From IMG/VR virus record IMGVR_UViG_3300028131_000823, positions 62,001 through 126,000 of that record: 64,000 nucleotides of DNA; one strand, given 5' to 3'. Positions 20,098 through 30,445 of the stretch are shown here, piece after piece (positions within the stretch are counted from its first letter, which is position 1; each line of letters begins with the position of its first letter). Under the pieces are notes generated by a model. That model saw nothing but the letters and a program-made list of their open reading frames with translations. It was not told the origin of the DNA and ran no database searches. A program made the position numbers and the translations under genes.

Positions 20098-20124
20098 GAA
20101 ACAATTGATCTTTTTTTTATATAA
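20098..20124 (+). promoter_or_regulatory. Middle-type promoter driving the gp55-like sigma
   Basis: GAAACAA-N13-TATATAA overlapping an AAAAGATCAATT/AATTGATCTTTT hairpin. Confidence 0.7.
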
Positions 20125-20142
20125 TATCTATAAATTTAAAAG

Positions 20143-20526
20143 ATGCCAAGAAAAAAGAATTATTTAAACAATAAAGACTTATATGCACAAATTGTACAAT
20201 CGTTAGATGATGATAGATTAACAAGAGATGCAGAGAAAATGTTACAGTTACTTGCTGAAAAAGCAATTAATAGATTAACTTATGTAAATGAAGATGATAG
20301 AAAAGATTGTTTGCAATTCGCTCTATTAGATTTATTAAAATATTGGAGAAACTTTAACCCTAAATATACAAACGCATTTGCATACTTTACTGAAATTGCA
20401 AAAAGAGGTTATGCTAAAGGTTGGAATAAGCTTCATCCAAATAAAACAAAGGGAACTATCTCAATGGATAGAATAAATTCTGCAAACTCAAGAGAAGATG
20501 GCGGAGGCGGAATGTTTAATATCTAA
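20143..20526 (+). CDS. Late-transcription sigma factor (gp55-like)
   Basis: NYLNNKDL...D.LQFALLDLLKYWRNFNPK..NAFAYFTEI. Confidence 0.85.
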   Translation: MPRKKNYLNNKDLYAQIVQSLDDDRLTRDAEKMLQLLAEKAINRLTYVNEDDRKDCLQFALLDLLKYWRNFNPKYTNAFAYFTEIAKRGYAKGWNKLHPNKTKGTISMDRINSANSREDGGGGMFNI

Positions 20527-20528
20527 TA

Positions 20529-21002
20529 ATGTCAATAAAAAACGTAAGACCAACAAAGAACTCAGGCTTTAATCAAGGCTACTACAATCCACTATATCCT
20601 AAAAAATATGCTGGCAATCCACCTATAATATACAGAAGTTCATGGGAACTTAAGTTTATGAAGATGTGCGATAATAGAGAGGACATTGTATTATGGTCAA
20701 GCGAGCCAGTTGAAATAAAATACTGGAGTTCAATGGATAAAAAGGAACATTCATATTTTCCAGATTTTTATATAAAGGTAAAGAAAGAAACAGGCTTTGA
20801 AGAAAGTCTCATTGAGATTAAGCCTGAAAGTCATATAGTAAAGCCTGAACCACCTACTAAAAATTCAAAACAGGCATTAAAAAATTATAAATTCCTCGCA
20901 GAACAGTATGTTAAAAATAGAGATAAATATAAATATGCGCAGGAATGGTCTAAGTCAAGAGGATTTAGATTTGTTGTAATGACAGAAAAAAGTCTTAAAT
21001 AA
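20529..21002 (+). CDS. Head completion nuclease (gp4, TnsA-like)
   Basis: P.KYAG...YRSSWE..FM..CD...WSSE...YFPDF...IEIKP. Confidence 0.9.
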   Translation: MSIKNVRPTKNSGFNQGYYNPLYPKKYAGNPPIIYRSSWELKFMKMCDNREDIVLWSSEPVEIKYWSSMDKKEHSYFPDFYIKVKKETGFEESLIEIKPESHIVKPEPPTKNSKQALKNYKFLAEQYVKNRDKYKYAQEWSKSRGFRFVVMTEKSLK

Positions 21003-21586
21003 TGGGAAAGGTTAGAGAAGACATAAAGGAATTAATTAAAGAAGCAAAGAGTAAGACTAGAGCTAAAAGAGCTGCAGAAAATTGGTATCAAACTGGTAAA
21101 AAAACATCAGCTGAAAAAAGTGTACAGCCAATAGGTGGTAGGTTTCAGCCAGGAAAGGTATATATTTTTAGATATACACCAAAATACGCTAAAGAATTAC
21201 CATGGTATGATGCAAACCCAGTCGTATTAGCACTTGATCCTGATGGAAATAATGATGTTGGCATAAACGTTAACCTCTTACCAAGTGATGTTAAAGAAAC
21301 TTTATTAGATAGAGTATATAGTACTTTTGAAAATGAAATTAAAAGAGAATCAATAGGAGGAAGAAAGAACGATGCGCGCCGTCAAAGTCAGCTTTCAATA
21401 ACATGGGAAGAAGCAAAGGGTTTTTTAGCAACTTATAAATTTGCAATTAGACAATACATACCAGGTAGAAAGGTTGGACAGGCAGTGGTCAGTTATGAAA
21501 ATTGGGCAAAGGTAGCACTTTGTGACTTTGCGGATTTAAATGGAACAACATATATTCAACTAGTAAATGAATTTAGAAACAAATAA
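21002..21586 (+). CDS. DNA end protector (gp2-like)
   Basis: GKVYIFRY.PK...LPWYD..P.V...GINVNLLP. Confidence 0.8.
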   Translation: MGKVREDIKELIKEAKSKTRAKRAAENWYQTGKKTSAEKSVQPIGGRFQPGKVYIFRYTPKYAKELPWYDANPVVLALDPDGNNDVGINVNLLPSDVKETLLDRVYSTFENEIKRESIGGRKNDARRQSQLSITWEEAKGFLATYKFAIRQYIPGRKVGQAVVSYENWAKVALCDFADLNGTTYIQLVNEFRNK

Positions 21587-21627
21587 AAAAAATTGAATAT
21601 ATAAATTTATAAACGATATAAGAAATT

Positions 21628-23232
21628 ATGGCAGGTTTTGCAGATAAGGATCCAAGAAATGGTCCATTAAGTAATAAGAGACCTTTTAGGTTAAACAATA
21701 CATTAAAGTTACTTTCATCATTCGGTATGAGATATGATGATATGATACTTAGACAGTCTCAGGCGGTTGGTCCATTAGAAGATAAGTTTGGTTATGGCCA
21801 AATGAATCCAATGGGATTAGATAATGATGATATGTATGCAGCATTTGCTGCCTTGTCAATGGCCGATACTACAATGCGAAAAAACATTCCTTTTTTCGAT
21901 CAACAATATGAAGTAAAAAGAGATGAACTTAGAAGTTTTTCAGTAAACGATGAGATTGAAGATATTTTAGATATACTATGTGACGAAACTATCGTATATG
22001 ATAATAAAAACTTTTTTGCTTCTCCTGAAATCTTAGGAGTTGAAGTTGCAGATGGAATTCAAAAAGATTTAAACAGATATTTTAGACAAATATACCATGC
22101 ATTTGGATTTAACTCAGATCAATCTGCTTGGTACTATTTTAGAAAATGGTTAATTGATGGTTATTTAGCATTTGAAATTATTTATTCACCTGATCAAAAG
22201 GAAATTATTGGTTTTAAAGAACTTGATCCAATTACATTAGTTCCGGGTTATAATAAAGAAGATGGTAAAAAAGTATGGGTACAATTTAAAGATGATCCAG
22301 TAAAAGAAAGAACCTTATATGATTCTCAAATCATTTACCTTTCTTATTCTTCTATAACAACAGCAGGTAGAGTCAGCTATGTTGAAAGACTTATTAGATC
22401 TTTTAACTTATTAAGAATTATGGAACATACTAGAATTATTTGGGCAGTGACTAATAGTTCTTATAGAATGAAATTTGTTATACCAGTCGGTGGTAAATCT
22501 AAAACAAGAGCAAAACAATCACTTGCACAATTAATGAATTCATATAAAGAAGTAGTTGATTTTGATTGGGAGTCTGGTTCTATGACAACCGATGGTAAAC
22601 CTATGCTACAATTTAATAAAGAATATTGGTTACCAAGTAAAGACGGTGACAGCCCTGAGATTGAAACATTAGATGCATCGGGTCCAGACCTTTCAGATAC
22701 AGAAGCACTTAAATATTTTTCAGATAAACTTAAACATGTTTCTAAAATACCTTATTCTAGATTCTTATATGAAGACGGTGGTGGAGATTTTAATCTTGCT
22801 GCTGATGGAATGATTAGAGATGAAATTAAATTTAGCAAGTTTGTAAAGAGACTAAGATCAGCTTTCCAAGAAATATTGGTTAAGCCACTATATTTACAAA
22901 TGTGTATTGCATATAAAGATTTAGCAGAAGATCCAGGTTTTAAAACACAGGTTGCATTAAGATATAATAGAGATAATGACTTTGCAGCTTTAAAAGAAAT
23001 GGAAATCATGGAAAGAAGACTTGATTTTGTTTCTACAATGAGAGACAGTTTAATGACAACTAATCAAGAAACAATGGAAGAGGAATACTACTTTGATATG
23101 GAGTTCTTAGTTGATAGATACTTACAACTGAGCCCAGATGATATTGCTGCAAATGCAGCAGCTAAGAAAAAGGCTGAAAAACAAGATGCAGAAGCTCCGG
23201 AACCAGAGGATCCAATGGGAATGGGAATATAA
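21628..23232 (+). CDS. Portal protein (gp20)
   Basis: RKWLIDG, LRIMEHTRIIW, EYWLP...IETL, DEIKFSKFV.RLR. Confidence 0.92.
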   Translation: MAGFADKDPRNGPLSNKRPFRLNNTLKLLSSFGMRYDDMILRQSQAVGPLEDKFGYGQMNPMGLDNDDMYAAFAALSMADTTMRKNIPFFDQQYEVKRDELRSFSVNDEIEDILDILCDETIVYDNKNFFASPEILGVEVADGIQKDLNRYFRQIYHAFGFNSDQSAWYYFRKWLIDGYLAFEIIYSPDQKEIIGFKELDPITLVPGYNKEDGKKVWVQFKDDPVKERTLYDSQIIYLSYSSITTAGRVSYVERLIRSFNLLRIMEHTRIIWAVTNSSYRMKFVIPVGGKSKTRAKQSLAQLMNSYKEVVDFDWESGSMTTDGKPMLQFNKEYWLPSKDGDSPEIETLDASGPDLSDTEALKYFSDKLKHVSKIPYSRFLYEDGGGDFNLAADGMIRDEIKFSKFVKRLRSAFQEILVKPLYLQMCIAYKDLAEDPGFKTQVALRYNRDNDFAALKEMEIMERRLDFVSTMRDSLMTTNQETMEEEYYFDMEFLVDRYLQLSPDDIAANAAAKKKAEKQDAEAPEPEDPMGMGI

Positions 23233-23252
23233 AAATAGATGATATATAAACT

Positions 23253-23597
23253 ATGAAAATTAAAACATTTAATCAATTTATAACTGAGGCTCAATTAACA
23301 TCTATTAAAGCAGGTGATGATAGTAAAGTAGAGGTCAGCGATCAAAAAACAGCAGATGGTAAAGTTATTTCTGCTCAAGAAATTTTAGGACAAATTATAT
23401 CAGCAGATACTGAAGATGCGTTCAAGGCTTATTTCTATGAAAAATATGGTTCTACTAAATTTGATACAGCAACAATGGGACAAATGATGTCAGCCTATCA
23501 AGATTATTATAAAGAACAAGCTGAAGAAGAGAAGGAAAAAGAAAAAGAAGAGGAAGGCGGAGATGAAGAAGACCCACTAACTGGAATGGATGTTTAA
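23253..23597 (+). CDS. Prohead core/internal protein (gp67/68 position)
   Basis: Leader MKIKTFNQFITE; acidic tail; lies between portal and protease. Confidence 0.6.
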   Translation: MKIKTFNQFITEAQLTSIKAGDDSKVEVSDQKTADGKVISAQEILGQIISADTEDAFKAYFYEKYGSTKFDTATMGQMMSAYQDYYKEQAEEEKEKEKEEEGGDEEDPLTGMDV

Positions 23598-23644
23598 GAA
23601 AAAGACTTTAAGTTAAAGATATATACAAAAAAGAAAAAAACAAA

Positions 23645-25543
23645 ATGGATAGACTTATAAATAAGCCTAGCGATTATAATTTATTAATAGTTGAAAAATC
23701 TTCTAGTGTTTTAGAGCAAACAGGAGAAACAAAGGACTATGTTTTAGAAGGTGTTTTTGGTGAGATTGATGTTAAAAATAAGAATAACAGAATCTATACT
23801 GAAGATGAATATCTTCCACAAATTAAATCGTTACAAGACAAAATCGGAGGTTCTAAATTACTTGGTGAATTAGACCATCCTCAACAATTTGACATTTCTC
23901 TTAAAAACGTATCACACGTTGTCGAAGAGTTAAGGTATGATCAAGAAAACAAGAAAGTAATGGGTAAAATCAGATTATTAGATACTGATGCTGGTAAACA
24001 AGCTAAAGCATTAGTTGATGCTGGTGTACCATTACATATTAGTTCTAGAGCTGCTGGAGAAGTTTCAGAAGGCGGTAAAGTTAAAATCAAACAATTATTT
24101 ACTTATGATTTAGTTGCAGATCCAGGATTTGAGAATGCACAATTAAACAGAGTTAATGAATCTTATGGTTTTGCTAACGATGAAAGCTTATTTATATATG
24201 AAGTATTTAAAAAAGAGATAAATAATAAAACAACAAACGAAAATAAAAAAGAGCAAACAATGGAAGAATTTGTAAAAACAGATGACTTCAACAATTACAC
24301 TAAGTATTTGGCTGAGCAAATAAAAGGATTAAAGTCTACTCTTACAGAATTATCAGAAACTTCAACTGAAGGATCTGCTACTACAAATGAAGACATTAAA
24401 ACCGTAACTGCTCACAATGATCATATTGTTGAATCAATAAACAATTTAACAGAGTATGTTAAATACGTTGCAGAAAAAACTGATCAAAATATTCAATATT
24501 CAGAATATTTAGCAGAAAAAACTGATCAAAATATTCAATATGCTGAGCATATTGCTGAAAAGGCTGATCAAGGAATTTCTTATACTGAACATATTGCTGA
24601 ATCAGTAACTAAATTAAAAGACTATAGCAATTATATTGCTGAATCTTATAATGATGGTACAGAAACTAATGAAAAATTAGTAGAGTATGTTAACTATTTA
24701 AAAGATAACGTACAAAATGTTAGCGAATATGCTAATTATATTGCAGAGTCAATCAATGAAAACCTAGTAGTTGAAGCTGATGATGTTACTGCTAAAGAAT
24801 TTGATGCAGCTGATAAAGATAACGAACTTGAAAAAGTTGGTGATAATTCAGGAGAAGGCACGGTTGCAGATAAAACCGGCGATGCAGGAGTTGATGGTGA
24901 AGATGTAAAATCTGATCTAGAAGAAGTTGACAATGATGAAAAAAGACAAGCTAAAGGTAAAGACGCGAACAGTAAAGCTCCTACTAATTCAGGTGCTGAT
25001 GGTGCTGATGATCCATTAGAATCTTATAAATCAGAAATATCTAGTAAATTAACATCTTTATTAGAATCTGCAAAGACAAAAGAAAATAATGATCCACATT
25101 TCTTTAAATTAGTTGGTTCATCTACTGCTGAAAAATATAATGCATTAAACGAAGATGCAAGAACAGTGGTAAGAACAGAAGTAGAAGGTGCAGGATTTTT
25201 AACTGAATCTCAGATAGTTAGAATTATTGAAAACACTATAACTGTTACTGAAGAAAATAACAATCAACCGTTAGTTCTTTCAGCAATGCCAACAGAATAT
25301 AAAACAAAATGGGAAAATCTTTCTGAAGCTAAGAAAAATCAATTACTTGCACAGTCAAGAACTCACAAAGTTGAGACTGAATATCAAGTAAGAAACTTCT
25401 GGCAAACAAGAGACCTTAGAGAAACTGCACCAGTAATGGAAAAAGTTGCTATGGTAACTGAAAAGAAAGAGGTTGCTACTAAAACACTTCCTTATAACTT
25501 AGATGGTGTTGCAGAAGCAATGGCAAAAAGATTTAAAAAATAA
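23645..25543 (+). CDS. Prohead protease (gp21) fused to a gp22-like scaffold
   Basis: NKNNRIY, GELDHP, ISSRAAG, YDLVADPGF, then about 450 aa of coiled/acidic sequence. Confidence 0.85.
   Translation: MDRLINKPSDYNLLIVEKSSSVLEQTGETKDYVLEGVFGEIDVKNKNNRIYTEDEYLPQIKSLQDKIGGSKLLGELDHPQQFDISLKNVSHVVEELRYDQENKKVMGKIRLLDTDAGKQAKALVDAGVPLHISSRAAGEVSEGGKVKIKQLFTYDLVADPGFENAQLNRVNESYGFANDESLFIYEVFKKEINNKTTNENKKEQTMEEFVKTDDFNNYTKYLAEQIKGLKSTLTELSETSTEGSATTNEDIKTVTAHNDHIVESINNLTEYVKYVAEKTDQNIQYSEYLAEKTDQNIQYAEHIAEKADQGISYTEHIAESVTKLKDYSNYIAESYNDGTETNEKLVEYVNYLKDNVQNVSEYANYIAESINENLVVEADDVTAKEFDAADKDNELEKVGDNSGEGTVADKTGDAGVDGEDVKSDLEEVDNDEKRQAKGKDANSKAPTNSGADGADDPLESYKSEISSKLTSLLESAKTKENNDPHFFKLVGSSTAEKYNALNEDARTVVRTEVEGAGFLTESQIVRIIENTITVTEENNNQPLVLSAMPTEYKTKWENLSEAKKNQLLAQSRTHKVETEYQVRNFWQTRDLRETAPVMEKVAMVTEKKEVATKTLPYNLDGVAEAMAKRFKK
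24466..24600 (+). repeat. 42-nt (14-aa) tandem repeat in the scaffold region
   Basis: YVAEKTDQNIQYSE / YLAEKTDQNIQYAE / HIAEKADQGISYTE. Confidence 0.85.
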
Positions 25544-25627
25544 TAAACAATCGACGATTTGGTGACAGAAGCAGAAAGCCGAAATAATAAGTCGAAATTA
25601 AACAAACAAAAAATAGAAATTTATAAA

Positions 25628-27034
25628 ATGGCAAATTTAATAAATGAAGCTGAAATCAGAGCAACATGGTCTCCAATTATCGAGAGCGCTACTGGTATCA
25701 ACGAAGCTTCAAAATTAGCATGGATGTCTGAGTACTGTCATAATCACAAACTTTATGAAGACGCAAACATCATGTCACTTTCAAACAATCCAGGTCCTAT
25801 GAATATCGGTGGTATGGGTGCAGTAGCATTCCCATCTGATTTTGGTGGTATCGGAGCTGCAGGTACTGCAGATGGTTCAGGTGACAAGTCTCCAACTTTA
25901 CTTCCTTTAGCGATGCAAGTTGCAGCACAAACAATCGGTTTAGATTTAGTTCCAGTTGTACCAATGGCTGGTCCTATGGGTCTTTTATCTTACTTAGACT
26001 TCGTATACGAAGGTGGTAGATTAGACAACGCTGAAGCTCCATTATACATCAAAACAGCTAACACAGCTGCAGGTAACGATGTATTAGCAGGTGTTTCAAG
26101 AATCGATGGTCAAAACATCATACAAATCGTAGATGCATTAACAGTAGATTCGTCTACTAAAATTACAGATAGATATGCTGACGCAGAATTAGTTGCGGCA
26201 TTAAACGATCATATCCCAGGATTTGTAGGTCAAGCAGATGGTAAACCATTTGATAGAGCTACTGGTGAATCTACGGCTGATAATTTAATGGGTCTTTCTT
26301 TATTCTCTAAAGCAATTGAAGCAAAAACTTACCAAGTTGCTGCTGCAGTTACTAGAGAACAAGTTCAAGATTTAAAACAATTCGGTGTTGATGCTGTTGC
26401 TCAAGTTGAGGCAGTTTTAACTAACGAATTAACACAAACTATTAATGATTTAATCATTGACGAAATCAAAACATTAGCGGAAGCTAACATGACTGCATCT
26501 GGAGTTTCTTTAGATGTTGCGTTAACTGTACCAGCTGCAGGTGGTCAAACTGAAGGTTCTGAACACAGAAAAGTATTAACTGGTATTTTAGCTGCTGCTA
26601 ACTTAGTTGCAAACAGAGGTAGAAGAGGTGCAGGTAACTTCGCGGTTGTAGGACCACAAGTTGCTACATTAATTCAATCTGTTGCTGGTTTCGTACCTAA
26701 TCCATTCGCTAACACAGCTACTCAAGCTGCTGGTGCTATTTACCCAGTAGGTTCTGTTGCAGGTGTTCAAGTTTATACTAACCCAAAATGGTCTTGGTCT
26801 TATAACCAAGTATTAGTTGGTAGAAAAGGTGATGGTAATGGTCCAGGTCTTGTATTCATGCCTTACTTAATGGCAGAATCTGTACAAGCAATAGCTGAAG
26901 GAACTATGGCTCCTAAAGTTGCTGTTAAATCAAGATTCGCATTAGTTGCTGCAGGTTTCCACCCTGAAACACAATATGCTGAGTTTACAATTACTACGCC
27001 AAGTGCGGCATTAGATATGATTAACATAGCTTAA
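25628..27034 (+). CDS. Major capsid protein (gp23)
   Basis: DLVPVVPMAGPMGL, TREQVQDLK, INDLII, FMPY, KSRFAL; start MANLINE. Confidence 0.92.
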   Translation: MANLINEAEIRATWSPIIESATGINEASKLAWMSEYCHNHKLYEDANIMSLSNNPGPMNIGGMGAVAFPSDFGGIGAAGTADGSGDKSPTLLPLAMQVAAQTIGLDLVPVVPMAGPMGLLSYLDFVYEGGRLDNAEAPLYIKTANTAAGNDVLAGVSRIDGQNIIQIVDALTVDSSTKITDRYADAELVAALNDHIPGFVGQADGKPFDRATGESTADNLMGLSLFSKAIEAKTYQVAAAVTREQVQDLKQFGVDAVAQVEAVLTNELTQTINDLIIDEIKTLAEANMTASGVSLDVALTVPAAGGQTEGSEHRKVLTGILAAANLVANRGRRGAGNFAVVGPQVATLIQSVAGFVPNPFANTATQAAGAIYPVGSVAGVQVYTNPKWSWSYNQVLVGRKGDGNGPGLVFMPYLMAESVQAIAEGTMAPKVAVKSRFALVAAGFHPETQYAEFTITTPSAALDMINIA

Positions 27035-27061
27035 TAATTACTAATTAGTAAATAATAAATT

Positions 27062-27094
27062 AAGGGTTCTAAGAAATTAGAACCCTTTTTTTTT
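27062..27094 (+). terminator. Rho-independent terminator after MCP
   Basis: AAGGGTTCTAA GAAA TTAGAACCCTT followed by a T-run. Confidence 0.9.
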
Positions 27095-27146
27095 ACATTT
27101 TTTTAATGATATATAGATTATAAGATTATAAATAAAATAAATTAAA

Positions 27147-28010
27147 ATGAAAAAGACATTAATCCTAAATGAGAAGGTTTTAACTATAAGCGAATGGTTA
27201 ACTGAAAACCAACCAGGTGAAATCCAAACAACTCAAACAACCGATATAAAATCAGATATTGATACAATATTAACAAAATTAAAAGATTTAGAAGATAATA
27301 TTGAAGAAGCATTAAATTCATATGAAGAATATGTAACTACTTTAAATGAAAATGAATTAAACGAAGACGAAGCTGGAAAAATAAAAGATTTTGTGTTTAT
27401 TGCTCCTAGAGTAAGAAAGATGCAACAAAAGGCAAATAAAATAAGACTTAATAAAGTAGATCTTGATTTTGCTATAGCAAATGCACCGTCTGATAAAAAG
27501 AAAAGACTTCAAGCTAAAGCTAAAGATTTAGGAAAAGATGTTACAGAATTAGAAGATTCTATAGATGATTATCAAAAAGATTCAGGAGCAACTTATTCTT
27601 TAAAAATCAAAAACATGGAAAGAATTAAAGGTAAACTATCTGCTATTAAAAGAAAGACAGGTCTTGAAGATGATCCAAATAAAAAAGCTGATTTAAAAAG
27701 ACAAATGCAAACTTTAGCCGATGGCTTTAAAGATGAAGCAGAAGCTGCTAAAGAACTTCAAGATAAAGAAGGTCCAAGTAAGGAAGAAATGGCTAAAGAA
27801 AAATTTAAAAATCAAAAGGAAGCATTGATTAAACAAGGTTTTAAACAAGGTGAAGGTCCTGAAGGATCAGATAAGAAAACTATTAAAGACCCTGAAGGAA
27901 ATGCTATTGTTTTCCACAAACCAGAAGTTGAAACAGGTGGAATAGATACAGGATCAGGATATAATGAATCACAATTTGATGGTTCAGGAAGACAAGCTCC
28001 TATTATTTAA
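27147..28010 (+). CDS. Late coiled-coil protein, possibly head-internal
   Basis: Late motif at 27108; ISEWLTE and LNENELNE protease-site-like motifs. Confidence 0.6.
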   Translation: MKKTLILNEKVLTISEWLTENQPGEIQTTQTTDIKSDIDTILTKLKDLEDNIEEALNSYEEYVTTLNENELNEDEAGKIKDFVFIAPRVRKMQQKANKIRLNKVDLDFAIANAPSDKKKRLQAKAKDLGKDVTELEDSIDDYQKDSGATYSLKIKNMERIKGKLSAIKRKTGLEDDPNKKADLKRQMQTLADGFKDEAEAAKELQDKEGPSKEEMAKEKFKNQKEALIKQGFKQGEGPEGSDKKTIKDPEGNAIVFHKPEVETGGIDTGSGYNESQFDGSGRQAPII

Positions 28011-28017
28011 GACTAAA

Positions 28018-28635
28018 ATGATACCTAAGAAAATTCATCAAATTTGGATTGGCAATTCTCCAATTCCTGAAAAGTGCAAATTATTTATGGAACGTATGTA
28101 TAATTTGCACCCTGATTGGGAATATAAATTATGGACAAATGATGATATATTTAAAATTCATTATAAAGAAGATAAATTTTTACAAAGTTATTGGAAAGAC
28201 GTCGATACTCATTTTAAACCAGCACATATCGCAGATAGAGCAAGATTATTAATCTTAAGAGATTTTGGTGGAGTTTACGTAGATGTAGATGCAAATCCTA
28301 TAAGATCATTTAATAATATTATTGAAAATATTAATGAAAATACTTCATTTTTTGGTGGAGTAAGACCTAAGAGCATAGAAGAGAAAAGAGGAGCACTTAT
28401 TGACTGTACTGTTATGGGAGCCTCTAAAGATTCTAGAATTATCAAAGAAGTTTTATCTATTTACAAAAATGTAGATTGGGCATGGGGAGGAAGAGCAATT
28501 TCAGATAAAATGTTTGAATGTTTAGGGCCAGATGTTTCTTTATTTAATTATAAAAGCTTTTACGATACTAAAATAACGGAAGATACTATTGTAATTCATG
28601 ATACTCCAGAAAATAGATTATGGTCTTGGAAATAA
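28018..28635 (+). CDS. GT32/OCH1-like DXD glycosyltransferase
   Basis: MIPKKIHQIWIG, ADRARLLIL..FGGVYVDVD. Confidence 0.88.
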   Translation: MIPKKIHQIWIGNSPIPEKCKLFMERMYNLHPDWEYKLWTNDDIFKIHYKEDKFLQSYWKDVDTHFKPAHIADRARLLILRDFGGVYVDVDANPIRSFNNIIENINENTSFFGGVRPKSIEEKRGALIDCTVMGASKDSRIIKEVLSIYKNVDWAWGGRAISDKMFECLGPDVSLFNYKSFYDTKITEDTIVIHDTPENRLWSWK

Positions 28636-28723
28636 AAAACAAGAGTATATATTGAAAAGGTAAAAATATTTGAAACAATTTATTTAATTATCATATAATA
28701 ATAGTTAAATTAAACACACAAAT

Positions 28724-29239
28724 ATGAAAAAATCAATAATCACAGGTATGCTGTTTTTAGCAATTGTTTCAATTTCTGCACAAGAAAAAGGAACTAAAAA
28801 CACTAAACCTATTAAATATACAAAAGGAACTAATAGTTCTGTTATAGTTGAAAAGGAAGTTAAGACTGAAAAAACTACACCAGTATCTATTAGACCTACA
28901 AACAGTAACTCAACGAATAGAGCTGCTGTGAATTCTACTAACTCTAGAGAAGTTAACACAATGAGACCAGAAAAGGTTAAAGTTAATACTAACAGAGCTG
29001 CACAGAATTCTAACGAAACAATGAGACCAGAAAAGGTTAAAGTTAATACTAACAGAGCTGCTCAAACAACTGTTGAAACAAACAGACCAGAGAAGCCAGT
29101 TATTATTAAAGAAAAAGAAGAAAAAACTAATCTTAATAGAGCTGCTCAGTCTGAGGTTATAACTGATAAACCAGAAAAGGTTAAAGAAGAAAAGCCAAGA
29201 AAAGAAAAGCCTTCTAAAAAAGAAAGAAAAGAAAAGTAG
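28724..29239 (+). CDS. Secreted basic repeat protein
   Basis: Sec signal MKKSIITGMLFLAIVSISA|QEK; 20-aa repeats MRPEKVKVNTNRAAQ. Confidence 0.75.
   Translation: MKKSIITGMLFLAIVSISAQEKGTKNTKPIKYTKGTNSSVIVEKEVKTEKTTPVSIRPTNSNSTNRAAVNSTNSREVNTMRPEKVKVNTNRAAQNSNETMRPEKVKVNTNRAAQTTVETNRPEKPVIIKEKEEKTNLNRAAQSEVITDKPEKVKEEKPRKEKPSKKERKEK
28961..29090 (+). repeat. 60-nt period tandem repeat
   Basis: ATGAGACCAGAAAAGGTTAAAGTTAATACTAACAGAGCTGC at 28961 and 29021. Confidence 0.9.
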
Positions 29240-29245
29240 AATCTT

Positions 29246-29740
29246 TTGAAAATTCAAAAATCAAACAATCCTAAACAAGCCCATCGATATGGTATAAAAC
29301 TCGATGGGCTTCCTAGGAGTATCAGACAATTTCTAATAGAAAATAGAAGCCTAAATGAATGGGCAAATGATGTTCAATTCCTCGAACAAATAATTAGAAT
29401 AGAGTCAAATAATCTCAAACTTAAGAATAGTACAAAAAGAAATAAACTTTATTTTGACTGTACGACAGAGACGCCAGTCCCAATGGACGACTTAGTGGAA
29501 TCTTATGATACTGTAGAATGGACTTGTGCAATCAGTATGAAACCCATTCAATCTAAGTTTAATAATTTCAGTCTAGAAAATTTTATACACCCTGAGTACC
29601 TCGATGTGCTTGAGGCACCGATGGTAGATAGTCGAATACTTAAAAGCAGTGTTGAATTTCGTAAATATTGCAAAAAACTCTTATTAGAAGAACAAAAAGA
29701 GTTCATGAGAGTTATTAAAAAGGGATCAACGATTAATTGA
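29246..29740 (+). CDS. Hypothetical protein
   Basis: 164-aa ORF with a TTG start. Confidence 0.6.
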   Translation: MKIQKSNNPKQAHRYGIKLDGLPRSIRQFLIENRSLNEWANDVQFLEQIIRIESNNLKLKNSTKRNKLYFDCTTETPVPMDDLVESYDTVEWTCAISMKPIQSKFNNFSLENFIHPEYLDVLEAPMVDSRILKSSVEFRKYCKKLLLEEQKEFMRVIKKGSTIN

Positions 29741-30445
29741 TCTTCCTTTCATATTATTGTGCCAATAATGTTTAATATATTTACCACTAGATAGTGCATC
29801 AAATGGCATAACCTTTACATTAATATTACTTCCATTTTTTATACATTTCCATAAAGAGTAATTAACACTTAATTGATCTCTTCTAGAACCATTTACATAT
29901 TCATTAGACCATGTTTTAAACATGTTTATGCAATTGCTATTATTTCTCATTACTATTAACCCAGTTGCAAAAAGTCCATTATTTTTTGGATAATCCTCTT
30001 TATTATATTTTTTAACAACTTTATCAATTATTTCAGCATGATCTAATTTTAGAGCTCTTACAACACTAGCTTCTTTATATACACAGTCTCTTTGAGGGTG
30101 TTTCATGAATGCAACATCGTAATTATTATTATCTAATTCATATTCTTTCATGAAATTATTAAGATCATCTTTTATTAAAACATCCCCATGTACACATACG
30201 ATATTTTCATATAAAGATCCTTTAAATAATTTGTAAAATTCAAGCCTATGCATCATTGCAATTCTTTTTGGATCATCAATAGATTCATATTCTTTAGACA
30301 ATGGTCTAATATCCCAAATATCTGACTTTAATTCTTTATTATCAGTATAAAGTATATAGTCCCATCCTTCTGTTTTAACTAAAGGTTCTTTTAAGCTTCC
30401 ATACTCTCCAACTGTAAATGCGTATATTGCGTTTTTATTACTCAT
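29726..30445 (-). CDS. DUF616-like (GT-A) glycosyltransferase
   Basis: AIYAFTVGEYGSLKEP, WDYILYTDN, HPQRDCVYKEA, RRDQLS; late motif on the minus strand at 30464-30471. Confidence 0.8.
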   Translation of the reverse strand: MSNKNAIYAFTVGEYGSLKEPLVKTEGWDYILYTDNKELKSDIWDIRPLSKEYESIDDPKRIAMMHRLEFYKLFKGSLYENIVCVHGDVLIKDDLNNFMKEYELDNNNYDVAFMKHPQRDCVYKEASVVRALKLDHAEIIDKVVKKYNKEDYPKNNGLFATGLIVMRNNSNCINMFKTWSNEYVNGSRRDQLSVNYSLWKCIKNGSNINVKVMPFDALSSGKYIKHYWHNNMKGRSINR

